Positions 29,500-38,152 of a stretch of 64,000 nt of DNA are shown here, in pieces. The notes under the pieces were generated by a model that saw only the letters and a list, made by a program, of their open reading frames with translations, ran no database searches and was not told where the DNA came from. Origin of the DNA: a virus; the IMG/VR virus record IMGVR_UViG_3300008516_000114, positions 25,684-89,683 of that record. One strand, written 5' to 3'. Each line of letters starts with the position of its first letter. Position 1 is the first letter of the stretch. A program made the translations under genes and the position numbers.

Positions 29500-30899
29500 A
29501 AATCCGTAACGAAAATAATGATGGTTGGTATGAATTTGGATACCAGGGTAACCAGGGATATCAAGGATTGACAGGTGCTCAAGGTAATCAAGGATTAACT
29601 GGTAGTCAAGGTGATCAAGGGGTAACTGGTTCACAAGGCTCTCAAGGGCAAACTGGTTCTCAGGGCTCTCAAGGCTCTCAAGGTAATCAAGGATATCAGG
29701 GAGATCAGGGTTCTACAGGAGCAACTGGAGCACAGGGAGATCAAGGACAAACAGGAGCCCAAGGTAGTACAGGCTCACAAGGTAATCAAGGATATCAGGG
29801 TGATCAAGGGAGTGCAGGAGCAACTGGATCACAAGGAGCTCAGGGTCAAACTGGGGCTCAAGGAGAAGTTGGTGCTCAAGGTAGTGTAGGGGCTCAAGGA
29901 GATCAAGGAAATCAAGGGGCAATTGGGGCAGCAGGTATTGAATGGCAAGGTGTCTGGAATGGAGGGACTGAATATTTTGTTGATGACGCTGTTTCGGAAA
30001 GTGGAACTTCTTATATATGTATTCTAGGACATACAAATCACCAACCTCCAAATGCAACATATTGGCAAGTCTTATCTTTAGAGGGTGCTCAGGGAAGTGT
30101 AGGGGCTCAGGGAAGTGTAGGAGCTCAAGGTAATCAAGGAGCTGTTGGAGCACAAGGTGTTACAGGTTCCCAAGGTTCGCAAGGAGCAACTGGAGATGTT
30201 GGAGCTCAAGGACCAACCGGTAACCAAGGCAACCAAGGAGAAACAGGTGTTCAAGGGGCTACAGGCTCACAAGGAAGTCAAGGAGCTACAGGAGATGTTG
30301 GAGCTCAAGGTCCAACTGGAAATCAGGGTAATCAAGGAGAAACAGGAGCTCAGGGTGCTACAGGCTCACAGGGTTCACAAGGAGTGCAAGGCGCACAGGG
30401 ATTATTGGGTGATGTTTTGGCTCATGCCGTAACTCTTGAAGGAGATGGGGCTTTTACAGGTGGAATGTTTAGAACAGCAGCGACAGGGCAAAGGATCATT
30501 ATGACTGGAAATAGTTTAAAATTTTATAATTCATCAAACGAACTTATGGAAATATGGGGATTAACCTCTCAATCCCCTTGGAACACAAAAGGATTTTATT
30601 TTAATCAACCAATTATAGCTGTTTCTGATATGTATTGCAATATACTTCATACAGGTATTATATCAGAAAAAGCAGGTACATCTGATGGAGTTACGATAGA
30701 TGGGGTGTTGCTTAAAGATAATTTTATTGCAGAGGCTGCCATACCTTCCTCTATTGCTCGTGATACTGAGTTGGTTGAAACGTCGAATGGCTCTGACCAA
30801 AACGAGGAACCATCTGGTGGGAAAAATGGAGATATGTTTTATCGTTTTAATGGAGAAGTTTATTTGAAGATAGCGGGTACTTGGCGACAAGTTGCATAA
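29478..30899 (+). CDS. Collagen-like fibre protein with central carbohydrate-binding-like module
   Basis: Two long G-X-Y tracts ([12 protein letters not shown]) flanking [11 protein letters not shown]...DAVS..GTSYIC...PPNATYWQV. Confidence 0.92.
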   Translation: MSMAETLKIRNENNDGWYEFGYQGNQGYQGLTGAQGNQGLTGSQGDQGVTGSQGSQGQTGSQGSQGSQGNQGYQGDQGSTGATGAQGDQGQTGAQGSTGSQGNQGYQGDQGSAGATGSQGAQGQTGAQGEVGAQGSVGAQGDQGNQGAIGAAGIEWQGVWNGGTEYFVDDAVSESGTSYICILGHTNHQPPNATYWQVLSLEGAQGSVGAQGSVGAQGNQGAVGAQGVTGSQGSQGATGDVGAQGPTGNQGNQGETGVQGATGSQGSQGATGDVGAQGPTGNQGNQGETGAQGATGSQGSQGVQGAQGLLGDVLAHAVTLEGDGAFTGGMFRTAATGQRIIMTGNSLKFYNSSNELMEIWGLTSQSPWNTKGFYFNQPIIAVSDMYCNILHTGIISEKAGTSDGVTIDGVLLKDNFIAEAAIPSSIARDTELVETSNGSDQNEEPSGGKNGDMFYRFNGEVYLKIAGTWRQVA

Positions 30900-30926
30900 T
30901 CTAATTATAAAAGAGGATAAATAAAA

Positions 30927-33900
30927 TTGATAGCAGAAAAAACTTACTATTATAAGCTAAGACATAAAAACGCCCGTGGTGATCTATCAGATTATTCTTC
31001 AGTGGAAAATGCAGCATCACTAGCTGAAGCGAGTGATAATAATACATTATCAATTAAATGTCAATGCGGTGATAGAAAATTAAATATTAACACAGCTTAT
31101 TATAAAATTGGAGATTCTTTGATAATAGACGTTACATCTCAATTGCCATTAACAGCAGAACCCGTTGTAACAATAGATAATTATAATATAGGTGTGGCGG
31201 ATAGTAGCACAACAGATTATCTAAGCAATATATATTTACCTCTTCCTATAGCAGATTTTCAAAGGAGTAGTACAGCACAATCAGTAAATAATCCAGCAAA
31301 AACAGTAACGCTTGATGTGGGGGCATCTGCTGTCAATGATTTTTATAAAGATATGGTACTGGTAATGGATAATGAGCAACACAGAATTACTGCTTACAAT
31401 GGAGACACAAAAGTTGCAACAGTAGAGGGTTCTCCAGCGTGGGGTGCAGGTACTTATCAGATTTATTTATATCACCAAGGCACGGTGATATTAAAAGCAA
31501 CAGCAACAGTAAAGCAGGGTGGTACTTCGATACAGACAGAAGTTGATATCATGCTTGATTTTATTGCACCAACAGTAACAGGAACGCCTATTATCATAGA
31601 TACAAAAAATAACGACCAAATACCAGAAAATGTACCCTATGCTTATAAAGCTGAGATGATATGGATATTTATTACCGATGATGTTTCAGATACAAGTGGC
31701 GATTCCAGCGAAGCAGCGGGGTTGAATAAAGTTTATTTACAGAATGCTTTTGTAGGATTAAGTACATCTACACCAGGCGATACTCTTGTGGATAGTGTAT
31801 TGGCTAATATTTTTGACGATGATTATTGGAACGATTATTATTTAACTGATTCCGGGGGTATGGTATATCAAATATTAAATTATATTGGTGCAACAGGAAC
31901 ATTTGAATTAGATGATACTTGTGATGATGGTGTTTATTATGTAACAAAATATGATCCAACCGATACCGCTCATTATAGCGATTGGAAAAATTACGATGTT
32001 CAAAATTACCAAGTATTTAATTGGAATCTTACTATAGAGATGCCATATAATAAGGATGAGATTCCCGATACCGGGCAACCAGGAAATGGCGGTAGTGTAG
32101 GCGGAGAAGATGCGTATCTTGATACAGACCATAAATATAAAGTGGTAGCAAGATTCACCGATAATGCTGAGAATTTTTCTAATATCTGTTCAGATGATAT
32201 TTATCTAGATAAGACACCACCATCATCACCAACAGAATTTACAGCCAAGGGAATGTTAGAATCTATTTTATTAACATGGCAAAATCCAGCCGATCTTGAT
32301 TTAGATAAGATCAATATTTATATGAGGGATCGTGAAGGTATATGTTCTGGAGGCATACCAACGAATTATGATAAAACTATTTATATACCCAATGCTATTC
32401 CAGATAAATATATGGAATATACAATTTATTTTCAAGAACCCGACCCACAGCATAAATACTTTATATTAACAGCAATGGATAAAGCGGGTAATGAGAGTAT
32501 TTGTTCAAGTGAAGAAGATGCAATATCATTTGGCCATTGGGGCAAGATATTCAGGAACTGGCTGGATAATTCATCTTTCGAGAGAACTGTGCCTAGCGAT
32601 GCTAATTTACCAGTTAGTCTTCTTAAATCAGGCTCTCCGACAGTAGAAACTTCATCTCAATATGGTAGTAATAGCATTTTAGTTGATCAGAATGATTATT
32701 ACTACTATGATTATATGTGGTTACCTGCAAGTCCCGATACATATTTCTTCACTTTTAGTGTTTATGCAAGATATGATACAAATTGTCAAGCTAAAATAGA
32801 GATAAAGTTTTATGATTCAAATGGAGACCAAACAGGTTCTACTATTACTTTATTAACAGGAAATGAATTAGGGGATTCTTTAACTGATACCTTTGTACGC
32901 TATCATGCACATTTCGGCGTTGAGGGCAATACCATACCATCTGATACTACATCTGCAAAGATTTATTTCAAATCTGATAGCGATACGAATAAAGCTTATT
33001 ATGATGCCGTCCAATGGGAACAAGTTACTGCTATTGATTCAGATCCCACAGATTATGTAGAAGGCAGGGTAATATCCGGCGATAGAATGATGGCTCATTT
33101 TATACGTGGTGATCATATAGAATTTGATACGATGATTGGTAATCATTTCAAAGCGGTTTCGATTCAAACAAGCAAATTAGAAATAGCCAGCGGTGAAAAT
33201 CTTGTGCCTAATTCAGCATTTGAATCAGATTTTGCATACTGGACATACGATGCTGATTTCAGTTTGAGTGATACTCGTATAGTCTATGGAAAACAATGTG
33301 CCAAATTAGTATTAGCAAGCGCTGAGGGTTATTTAAAATCCGATTATTGTCCTATTAAGCAAGATGCTGATTATTGCATAAGTTTCTATTATTATCTTGA
33401 TGCTTTGGGTGATGATCTATATTTCAAATTAGAGCAATATGATAAAGCCCATGTTATAGGTACGACTACTACAATGAAATCCTCCAATTTTACAGAGGAT
33501 GCTTGGACAAGATTTGAATATCAAATGACTGTTTTTGATGCTGATGCTGCTTATGTGAAAATTTATATTTTATGTGAGGAAGATGGATTAGCCACCACTG
33601 GTTATTTTGATGCTTTCCAGATAGAGCAAATCGCATCAGCTACGCAGGGTGCAAGTGATTATAAAGGGAAAACCAGGATAGTTGGCGAGGAAATTACAGC
33701 GGGTAAGATTCAATCAGCCGATGAAAAGACTTATTTTGATCTGGATAATTCTGTAATTGTTCTCGATCATCCAACAGCAGATGTTAAAACTGTATTAAAA
33801 TCTGATTATCTTGCAAAGACTTTTGACGGAACTAATTATCATAAATATCCAGTTGTTATAGTAGCAACCACAACAGCAGAGGCAGATGGTAGCTTGGAGT

Positions 33901-34157
33901 ATTCTTTATGGTGGAATGCCGGAGCGACTGATGTTTTCAATTTAGGTAGTCGAGCAGAATATATGAATTTATACATAGTATCAGTTTTGGAGAAGGAGAC
34001 GGGTTGGGATGTATATCAAAATTATAAAGCACTTGCCAATGATATTAAAATGCATCAGAGTGTAGAATTAGATGGAGTAGCAATTACTGCAGCAGCTGGT
34101 ACTTTCACTAACAATGCTGATATTAGAATAGTGTTTTTAAGTTCTATAACATGGTAA
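30927..34157 (+). CDS. Large tail/host-specificity protein (FN3 and carbohydrate-binding-like domains)
   Basis: TTG start with AGAGGA RBS; DKTPPSSP...LTWQNP...AMDKAGNES FN3; two NxxxNSxFE...YxDAxQxE beta-sandwich repeats. Confidence 0.88.
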   Translation: MIAEKTYYYKLRHKNARGDLSDYSSVENAASLAEASDNNTLSIKCQCGDRKLNINTAYYKIGDSLIIDVTSQLPLTAEPVVTIDNYNIGVADSSTTDYLSNIYLPLPIADFQRSSTAQSVNNPAKTVTLDVGASAVNDFYKDMVLVMDNEQHRITAYNGDTKVATVEGSPAWGAGTYQIYLYHQGTVILKATATVKQGGTSIQTEVDIMLDFIAPTVTGTPIIIDTKNNDQIPENVPYAYKAEMIWIFITDDVSDTSGDSSEAAGLNKVYLQNAFVGLSTSTPGDTLVDSVLANIFDDDYWNDYYLTDSGGMVYQILNYIGATGTFELDDTCDDGVYYVTKYDPTDTAHYSDWKNYDVQNYQVFNWNLTIEMPYNKDEIPDTGQPGNGGSVGGEDAYLDTDHKYKVVARFTDNAENFSNICSDDIYLDKTPPSSPTEFTAKGMLESILLTWQNPADLDLDKINIYMRDREGICSGGIPTNYDKTIYIPNAIPDKYMEYTIYFQEPDPQHKYFILTAMDKAGNESICSSEEDAISFGHWGKIFRNWLDNSSFERTVPSDANLPVSLLKSGSPTVETSSQYGSNSILVDQNDYYYYDYMWLPASPDTYFFTFSVYARYDTNCQAKIEIKFYDSNGDQTGSTITLLTGNELGDSLTDTFVRYHAHFGVEGNTIPSDTTSAKIYFKSDSDTNKAYYDAVQWEQVTAIDSDPTDYVEGRVISGDRMMAHFIRGDHIEFDTMIGNHFKAVSIQTSKLEIASGENLVPNSAFESDFAYWTYDADFSLSDTRIVYGKQCAKLVLASAEGYLKSDYCPIKQDADYCISFYYYLDALGDDLYFKLEQYDKAHVIGTTTTMKSSNFTEDAWTRFEYQMTVFDADAAYVKIYILCEEDGLATTGYFDAFQIEQIASATQGASDYKGKTRIVGEEITAGKIQSADEKTYFDLDNSVIVLDHPTADVKTVLKSDYLAKTFDGTNYHKYPVVIVATTTAEADGSLEYSLWWNAGATDVFNLGSRAEYMNLYIVSVLEKETGWDVYQNYKALANDIKMHQSVELDGVAITAAAGTFTNNADIRIVFLSSITW

Positions 34158-34231
34158 TAATAAAAAAGTTTTTATAAGAAACAATTTTGTAAGAAAAGGG
34201 AAAGTATAAGAAACAACAAAAGGAGGTTACT

Positions 34232-34471
34232 ATGAAAGATGAGAAGTTTTTATTTAAGATTAAGTATCAAGACAAACATGAATATATCATTTATGAGAAT
34301 GGAGATTCTAAGGGGTTTCCTGCCGGGGGAACTACAATAAATAATATTCCAATAGTAACATATAAAATGGCGCTTTTACTTTTACCAGATATTGTTAAGT
34401 ATCTTTGCGAAAAATTAATTAATAATCTAAAAAAGGATCATTCAGTTCAGGAACATAAAATTGGAAAATAG
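34232..34471 (+). CDS. Hypothetical protein
   Basis: AAGGAGGT RBS. Confidence 0.6.
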   Translation: MKDEKFLFKIKYQDKHEYIIYENGDSKGFPAGGTTINNIPIVTYKMALLLLPDIVKYLCEKLINNLKKDHSVQEHKIGK

Positions 34472-34751
34472 CATTTTTATTTGGTTGGTTACACTTTATG
34501 GCATTATACTTATCTAATATATCTTTTAATAGTTTTTTACCCGATTCAGGAAAATATACCGTGAATGGCTCAATGTCAATATTATTGTTTTGTGATGATT
34601 TTAAAGTGCTTCTATACATTGCTATTCCATTTTTGCCTGAAAATCTATCATCAATCATTGAAACCCAATCTCTAATATTTTGGGCTTCTTCATTAAAAAC
34701 GACAATATTTGGAAATTTAATCTTATACCATTTCATTCTTAAATGTTTCAT
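34419..34751 (-). CDS. Hypothetical protein (moron)
   Basis: 110-aa ORF with VYFP...KYNA..C..P pattern. Confidence 0.55.
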   Translation of the reverse strand: MKHLRMKWYKIKFPNIVVFNEEAQNIRDWVSMIDDRFSGKNGIAMYRSTLKSSQNNNIDIEPFTVYFPESGKKLLKDILDKYNAIKCNQPNKNAIFQFYVPELNDPFLDY

Positions 34752-34815
34752 TATATTTTTGTATCAACATAATGTTAATTTAATATAAAAAATGAAATAA
34801 TAAAGGAGAAAAGAC

Positions 34816-35058
34816 ATGGATAACAATTATGTAAGTAAAGAAGTTGATAGGATAATAACTAATTTAAGAAAACAGGAGTATGAATTAAGGGGAGACCTGC
34901 AGCTTGTTCTGGATATGCGGCAAGTAATCGAGTCTGTTGTTCAGACGAGTAACCAGAATGTTGAATTAATGCAGAGAAAAGAAAAAGAACTTTCTGTTCT
35001 TAAAAATGAGTTAAAGAAGAAGGAAGAGGTTGAAAATGCCTCAAAGAGGTCTCTATGA
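34816..35058 (+). CDS. Coiled-coil hypothetical protein
   Basis: AAGGAG RBS. Confidence 0.7.
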   Translation: MDNNYVSKEVDRIITNLRKQEYELRGDLQLVLDMRQVIESVVQTSNQNVELMQRKEKELSVLKNELKKKEEVENASKRSL

Positions 35059-35243
35059 GAAAAAACAAGAAAGAGGAAAAGCCAAGTAGCTGTTCATCAA
35101 ATAAAAAAGAAAGAGAATTTGTTATTGTTTATAAGACGGATGATGGCGAATATGAGGAAAAATGGGATCACAAATCAGTAGCATTTTCAGAAGATATTTT
35201 TGAATGTGTGGAAATGTCAAGCTTCAGCGGGGTTGAGTTTTGA
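35055..35243 (+). CDS. Hypothetical protein
   Basis: ATGA overlap with the preceding ORF; GAGG RBS. Confidence 0.45.
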   Translation: MRKNKKEEKPSSCSSNKKEREFVIVYKTDDGEYEEKWDHKSVAFSEDIFECVEMSSFSGVEF

Positions 35244-35528
35244 TATATCTAATTGTTTTTCGGTTTCTTTTATTTCACCGTATTTCTGTTCATATTTATT
35301 TATATTATCCATTAAAACGCTATAAATTCTTTTTATATGAGAAGGACTGGTTATAATCCTAGTGTTAATAGTGCCTCTATTACCAATTAACATACCAAAA
35401 TCCATAACAAATTCTTCTTTGGTATGTGAAATTCCCATAATATTTGAATATATACCACGTAATATTTTTGGGTCTATACTAATTTGGGGTTTCTCTACAA
35501 ATTGCTTTTGTGGTCTTTTTTTTGACAT
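35217..35528 (-). CDS. DUF3467-family protein
   Basis: GIYSN...SHTKEEFVMDFG...RIITSPSHIKR...NINKYEQKYGEI. Confidence 0.85.
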   Translation of the reverse strand: MSKKRPQKQFVEKPQISIDPKILRGIYSNIMGISHTKEEFVMDFGMLIGNRGTINTRIITSPSHIKRIYSVLMDNINKYEQKYGEIKETEKQLDISKLNPAEA

Positions 35529-35587
35529 ATTTTTTCCTTATATTTTTAGAAATACCTAGATGGGAATATGGGCGTGCTGTTCATGTA

Positions 35588-35968
35588 TTAATCATACATC
35601 CAATTTTTTTCGGGATTTAATCCATATCCAATTAAAATAACATTTGAAATAGTTGCATTACCATATTGATAGCTAGCATCAAATTTAGAAGAATAGGATT
35701 TATTGGATAAAATTTCACAATTTTTATTTCCAAAACGCCTGCCCCTAATAATATTACCTGAATAATATACTTTGATATCAATGTAAAAATTTGTAATTGT
35801 TATTTCGCCAGTATTAAAGACAGAATAATAAACATATTTAGAACCTTGGTTCCAAGAAATATTAACATCAGCTTTTGCTTCTTTTTCCTCTTCAGATTTA
35901 GTTGGATTTGATCCACAAGAGAACATAATCAAAAATGACAAAGCAAATATTATAATTATCTTTTTCAT
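35588..35968 (-). CDS. Lipoprotein (possible superinfection-exclusion moron)
   Basis: Signal peptide with lipobox MFSC; AGGAGG RBS; own promoter. Confidence 0.8.
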   Translation of the reverse strand: MKKIIIIFALSFLIMFSCGSNPTKSEEEKEAKADVNISWNQGSKYVYYSVFNTGEITITNFYIDIKVYYSGNIIRGRRFGNKNCEILSNKSYSSKFDASYQYGNATISNVILIGYGLNPEKNWMYD

Positions 35969-35998
35969 AACAACCTCCTGTTAAATATATCAAGGTAG

Positions 35999-36027
35999 AT
36001 AGTATTTAATTTTATTTAGAAAGTCAA
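35999..36027 (-). promoter_or_regulatory. Sigma70-type promoter for lipoprotein gene
   Basis: TTGACT-17 nt-TACTAT on the minus strand. Confidence 0.65.
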
Positions 36028-36035
36028 GTGATTAG

Positions 36036-36131
36036 TTCCCATGCCCGGTTTCGAGCCGTACTACCATTTCAATAGCTACTCATTAATATTTTAGTTTTTA
36101 ATAGTCTCAATGAAATGTAGTGACATGGGAA
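36036..36131 (-). ncRNA. Candidate structured RNA (three-way junction with T-arm-like hairpin)
   Basis: TTCCCATGTC/GGCATGGGAA closing stem, ACTACATTTCA/TGAAATGGTAGT arm, CGG-CTCGAAA-CCG hairpin. Confidence 0.5.
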
Positions 36132-36136
36132 GATAT

Positions 36137-36709
36137 TTAATGCCGGCGACCCTCCTCTTTTTGCTGTAACTTCCTCTTATAACTTTCCAATTCCGCTTTT
36201 AATTTGAAATTGTACTGCCAGATCAATTCATCTTTACCGGTCACTGTCCATCTAATCAGGTTACCCTCAACGATTTTAGCCAATCCATGATTAAGACACC
36301 GGTGGCGTAAAAACCTTTTTTTACTATCATGGACCTTATAGATAATATTAGACTGGTCGTCAATGAACTTGAGGAATTCTTTTGTACTGATCAAAAGTGT
36401 TTTTGCTACCTGTGAATTACTATAAAGCAACTCATCGCCAAATCTTGATCTGAATTTCTCCAGGTAATCCAAATCCTTAACAAAAATCTCTGTTACTTCT
36501 GTTTCTGAGTCCTCCTTCTCTTTTTCCAGATGAATTTCTGTTTTTCCCGTTTCTTCCATTCCTTCAGGTTCTTCCGGATTCAACTGCTCTTGAATTTGTT
36601 CCGTTAATTCACTGTTGCCGTTAATCGTAACCGTGCAATTGTTGAGATGAAAAATTGACGGAACTCCCTGATTCTTGCTTAATACGGCTTGATACTTTTT
36701 GTTGCCCAT
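36137..36709 (-). CDS. Phage antirepressor (KilA-C/ANT-like domain)
   Basis: SQVAKTL.IS...F.KF......IIYK.....G......RWTVTGK C-terminal pattern; directly downstream of a c4-like RNA. Confidence 0.75.
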   Translation of the reverse strand: MGNKKYQAVLSKNQGVPSIFHLNNCTVTINGNSELTEQIQEQLNPEEPEGMEETGKTEIHLEKEKEDSETEVTEIFVKDLDYLEKFRSRFGDELLYSNSQVAKTLLISTKEFLKFIDDQSNIIYKVHDSKKRFLRHRCLNHGLAKIVEGNLIRWTVTGKDELIWQYNFKLKAELESYKRKLQQKEEGRRH

Positions 36710-36731
36710 AATAAGCCCTTTCTTTAAAATT

Positions 36732-36808
36732 AAAGGACTTCCCTGAATCGCAACCCGCAGTATCGGCGGTGTGGTGCTTTCGCAACCACAAATCCAAGAA
36801 AGCCCTTT
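36732..36808 (-). ncRNA. c4-type antisense RNA
   Basis: 17-bp closing stem, GTGGT(T)GC-GAAA-GCACCAC hairpin, CCGC-CGATACT-GCGG hairpin and single-stranded GTTGC; complementary sites on both sides. Confidence 0.8.
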
Positions 36809-36888
36809 ACAGTTTTCCTAAGATTCCAATCTACAAAAAACAAATGGCTGTTTACTGTTAGCCTTCAGGATACTAAATTGCATCAAGA

Positions 36889-36918
36889 ATTTACAACAGT
36901 TCAGGTCAGAAAGTCAAG
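36889..36918 (-). promoter_or_regulatory. Promoter of c4-antirepressor operon
   Basis: TTGACT-18 nt-TAAATT on the minus strand, just upstream of the first target site. Confidence 0.65.
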
Positions 36919-36938
36919 GTTTTTCTTTGGTTAAGTGG

Positions 36939-37796
36939 TTATTTTTTGGGGTGTTTGTCTTCAAAAATCTCTAATTTCATTTCAGGATTAGCTATAATTA
37001 TCTTAGGTATATTCCCCGACAAATCTTTAACACTTCCATTGTCTTCTATTTTCTTGATTATCACTTGTTCTGAATAAGGAATTACTACTGATGAGTTTTC
37101 CCGAGCCACTACTGATGAGTTTCCCCAAGCCACTACTGATGAGTTTCCCCAAGCCACTACTGATGAGTTTCCCCGAGCCACTACTGATGAGTTTCCCCAA
37201 GCCACTACTGATGAGTTTCCCCAAGCCACTACTGATGAGTTTCCCCGAGCCACTACTGATGAGTTTTCCCAAGCCACTACTGACGAGTTTTCCCAAGCCA
37301 CTACTGATGAGTTTTCCCAAGCCACTACTGATGAGTTTTCCCGAGCCACTACTGACGAGTTTTCCCAAGCCACTACTGACGAGTTTTCCCAAGCCACTAC
37401 TGACGAGTTTCCCCGAGCCTTTACTGACGAGTTTTCCCAAGCCACTACTGACGAGTTTTTAATGAAAAACCGTCCCTTACCTAATTTCTTCCAAGACTTG
37501 TCATTTATAACAAATCTCTCATCCATGAGACTTTGAAGGGCTTTTCTCATTTCTTTTTCTGCCTGTTTTTCATTAAACCATTTGGGAATAATATCTTGGT
37601 CAACTCGCAGATCCCATTTGGAAAGGTTTTGGTCAAATATATTACCATTAGGTGGCAATAGTTCTACTCTGATGAATTTTGGTTTCATTGTCGTATCATC
37701 AAGCCCATTTTTCTTTATTAATTTCTCATGTGAATCATAATCTAAATCATAAAGAATTTTTTTCTCTGTGATAATCCCACTAAAAAATTGACACAT
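36939..37796 (-). CDS. Octapeptide-repeat (beta-solenoid-like) protein
   Basis: MCQFFSG...SHE...RVEL.P...DQD..P.WF N-domain followed by 16 NSSV-type units; AAGGAG RBS. Confidence 0.88.
   Translation of the reverse strand: MCQFFSGIITEKKILYDLDYDSHEKLIKKNGLDDTTMKPKFIRVELLPPNGNIFDQNLSKWDLRVDQDIIPKWFNEKQAEKEMRKALQSLMDERFVINDKSWKKLGKGRFFIKNSSVVAWENSSVKARGNSSVVAWENSSVVAWENSSVVARENSSVVAWENSSVVAWENSSVVAWENSSVVARGNSSVVAWGNSSVVAWGNSSVVARGNSSVVAWGNSSVVAWGNSSVVARENSSVVIPYSEQVIIKKIEDNGSVKDLSGNIPKIIIANPEMKLEIFEDKHPKK
37083..37459 (-). repeat. 24-bp coding tandem repeat, about 16 units
   Basis: AACTC(A/G)TCAGTAGTGGCT(T/C)GGG(A/G)A repeated head-to-tail. Confidence 0.97.
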
Positions 37797-37940
37797 AACT
37801 TTCTCCTTTTTTTCATTGTTATATTATTTTCTTCTATATAGTTAGCATAGATATATTGCGATAACTCATAATAAGTAATGAGTAACTGAATTAATTTAGA
37901 GGGTTGTTTCATTAACTTCTTAAAACGGAGGATTTTTGCT

Positions 37941-38126
37941 ATGGAAAAGATAGAATTGGCAATTGGGTTAATCGACAAACTCAAGGGCGATCTTCATAAT
38001 GAGATGGTGATTGAGGTTTCAAGTTGCAGGGACTATGACACAAACGATAGTTTCTTGGAGTCTTATTATGCAGACAGAGTAATTCTTGATAGAAGTATGC
38101 AAATTATCAGGGATTATTTCGCTTAA
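37941..38126 (+). CDS. Hypothetical protein, lone plus-strand gene
   Basis: GGAGG RBS; followed by two hairpins. Confidence 0.55.
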   Translation: MEKIELAIGLIDKLKGDLHNEMVIEVSSCRDYDTNDSFLESYYADRVILDRSMQIIRDYFA

Positions 38127-38152
38127 TTACAGAAAAATGTAATTAAGTTAGC

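Noticed and set aside
29713-30432. Overlapping ORFs within the collagen gene
   Set aside because: Frame shadows of the G-X-Y repeat.
27791-30929. T4 gene 60-style ribosomal bypass or self-splicing intron explaining the split genes
   Set aside because: No matched in-frame take-off and landing codons at either split, no recognisable group I/II intron structure at the junctions, and the downstream halves have their own RBS.
37083-37459. Possible CRISPR array
   Set aside because: Units are contiguous 24-mers with no unique spacers, lie in frame within a protein, and no cas genes are present.
37027-37462. Alternative-frame ORFs (GKLISSG and MSFPKPLL repeats)
   Set aside because: Shadow frames of the stop-free tandem repeat.
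26591-37796. Diversity-generating retroelement
   Set aside because: No reverse transcriptase in the window and no template/variable repeat pair with adenine-specific differences seen.
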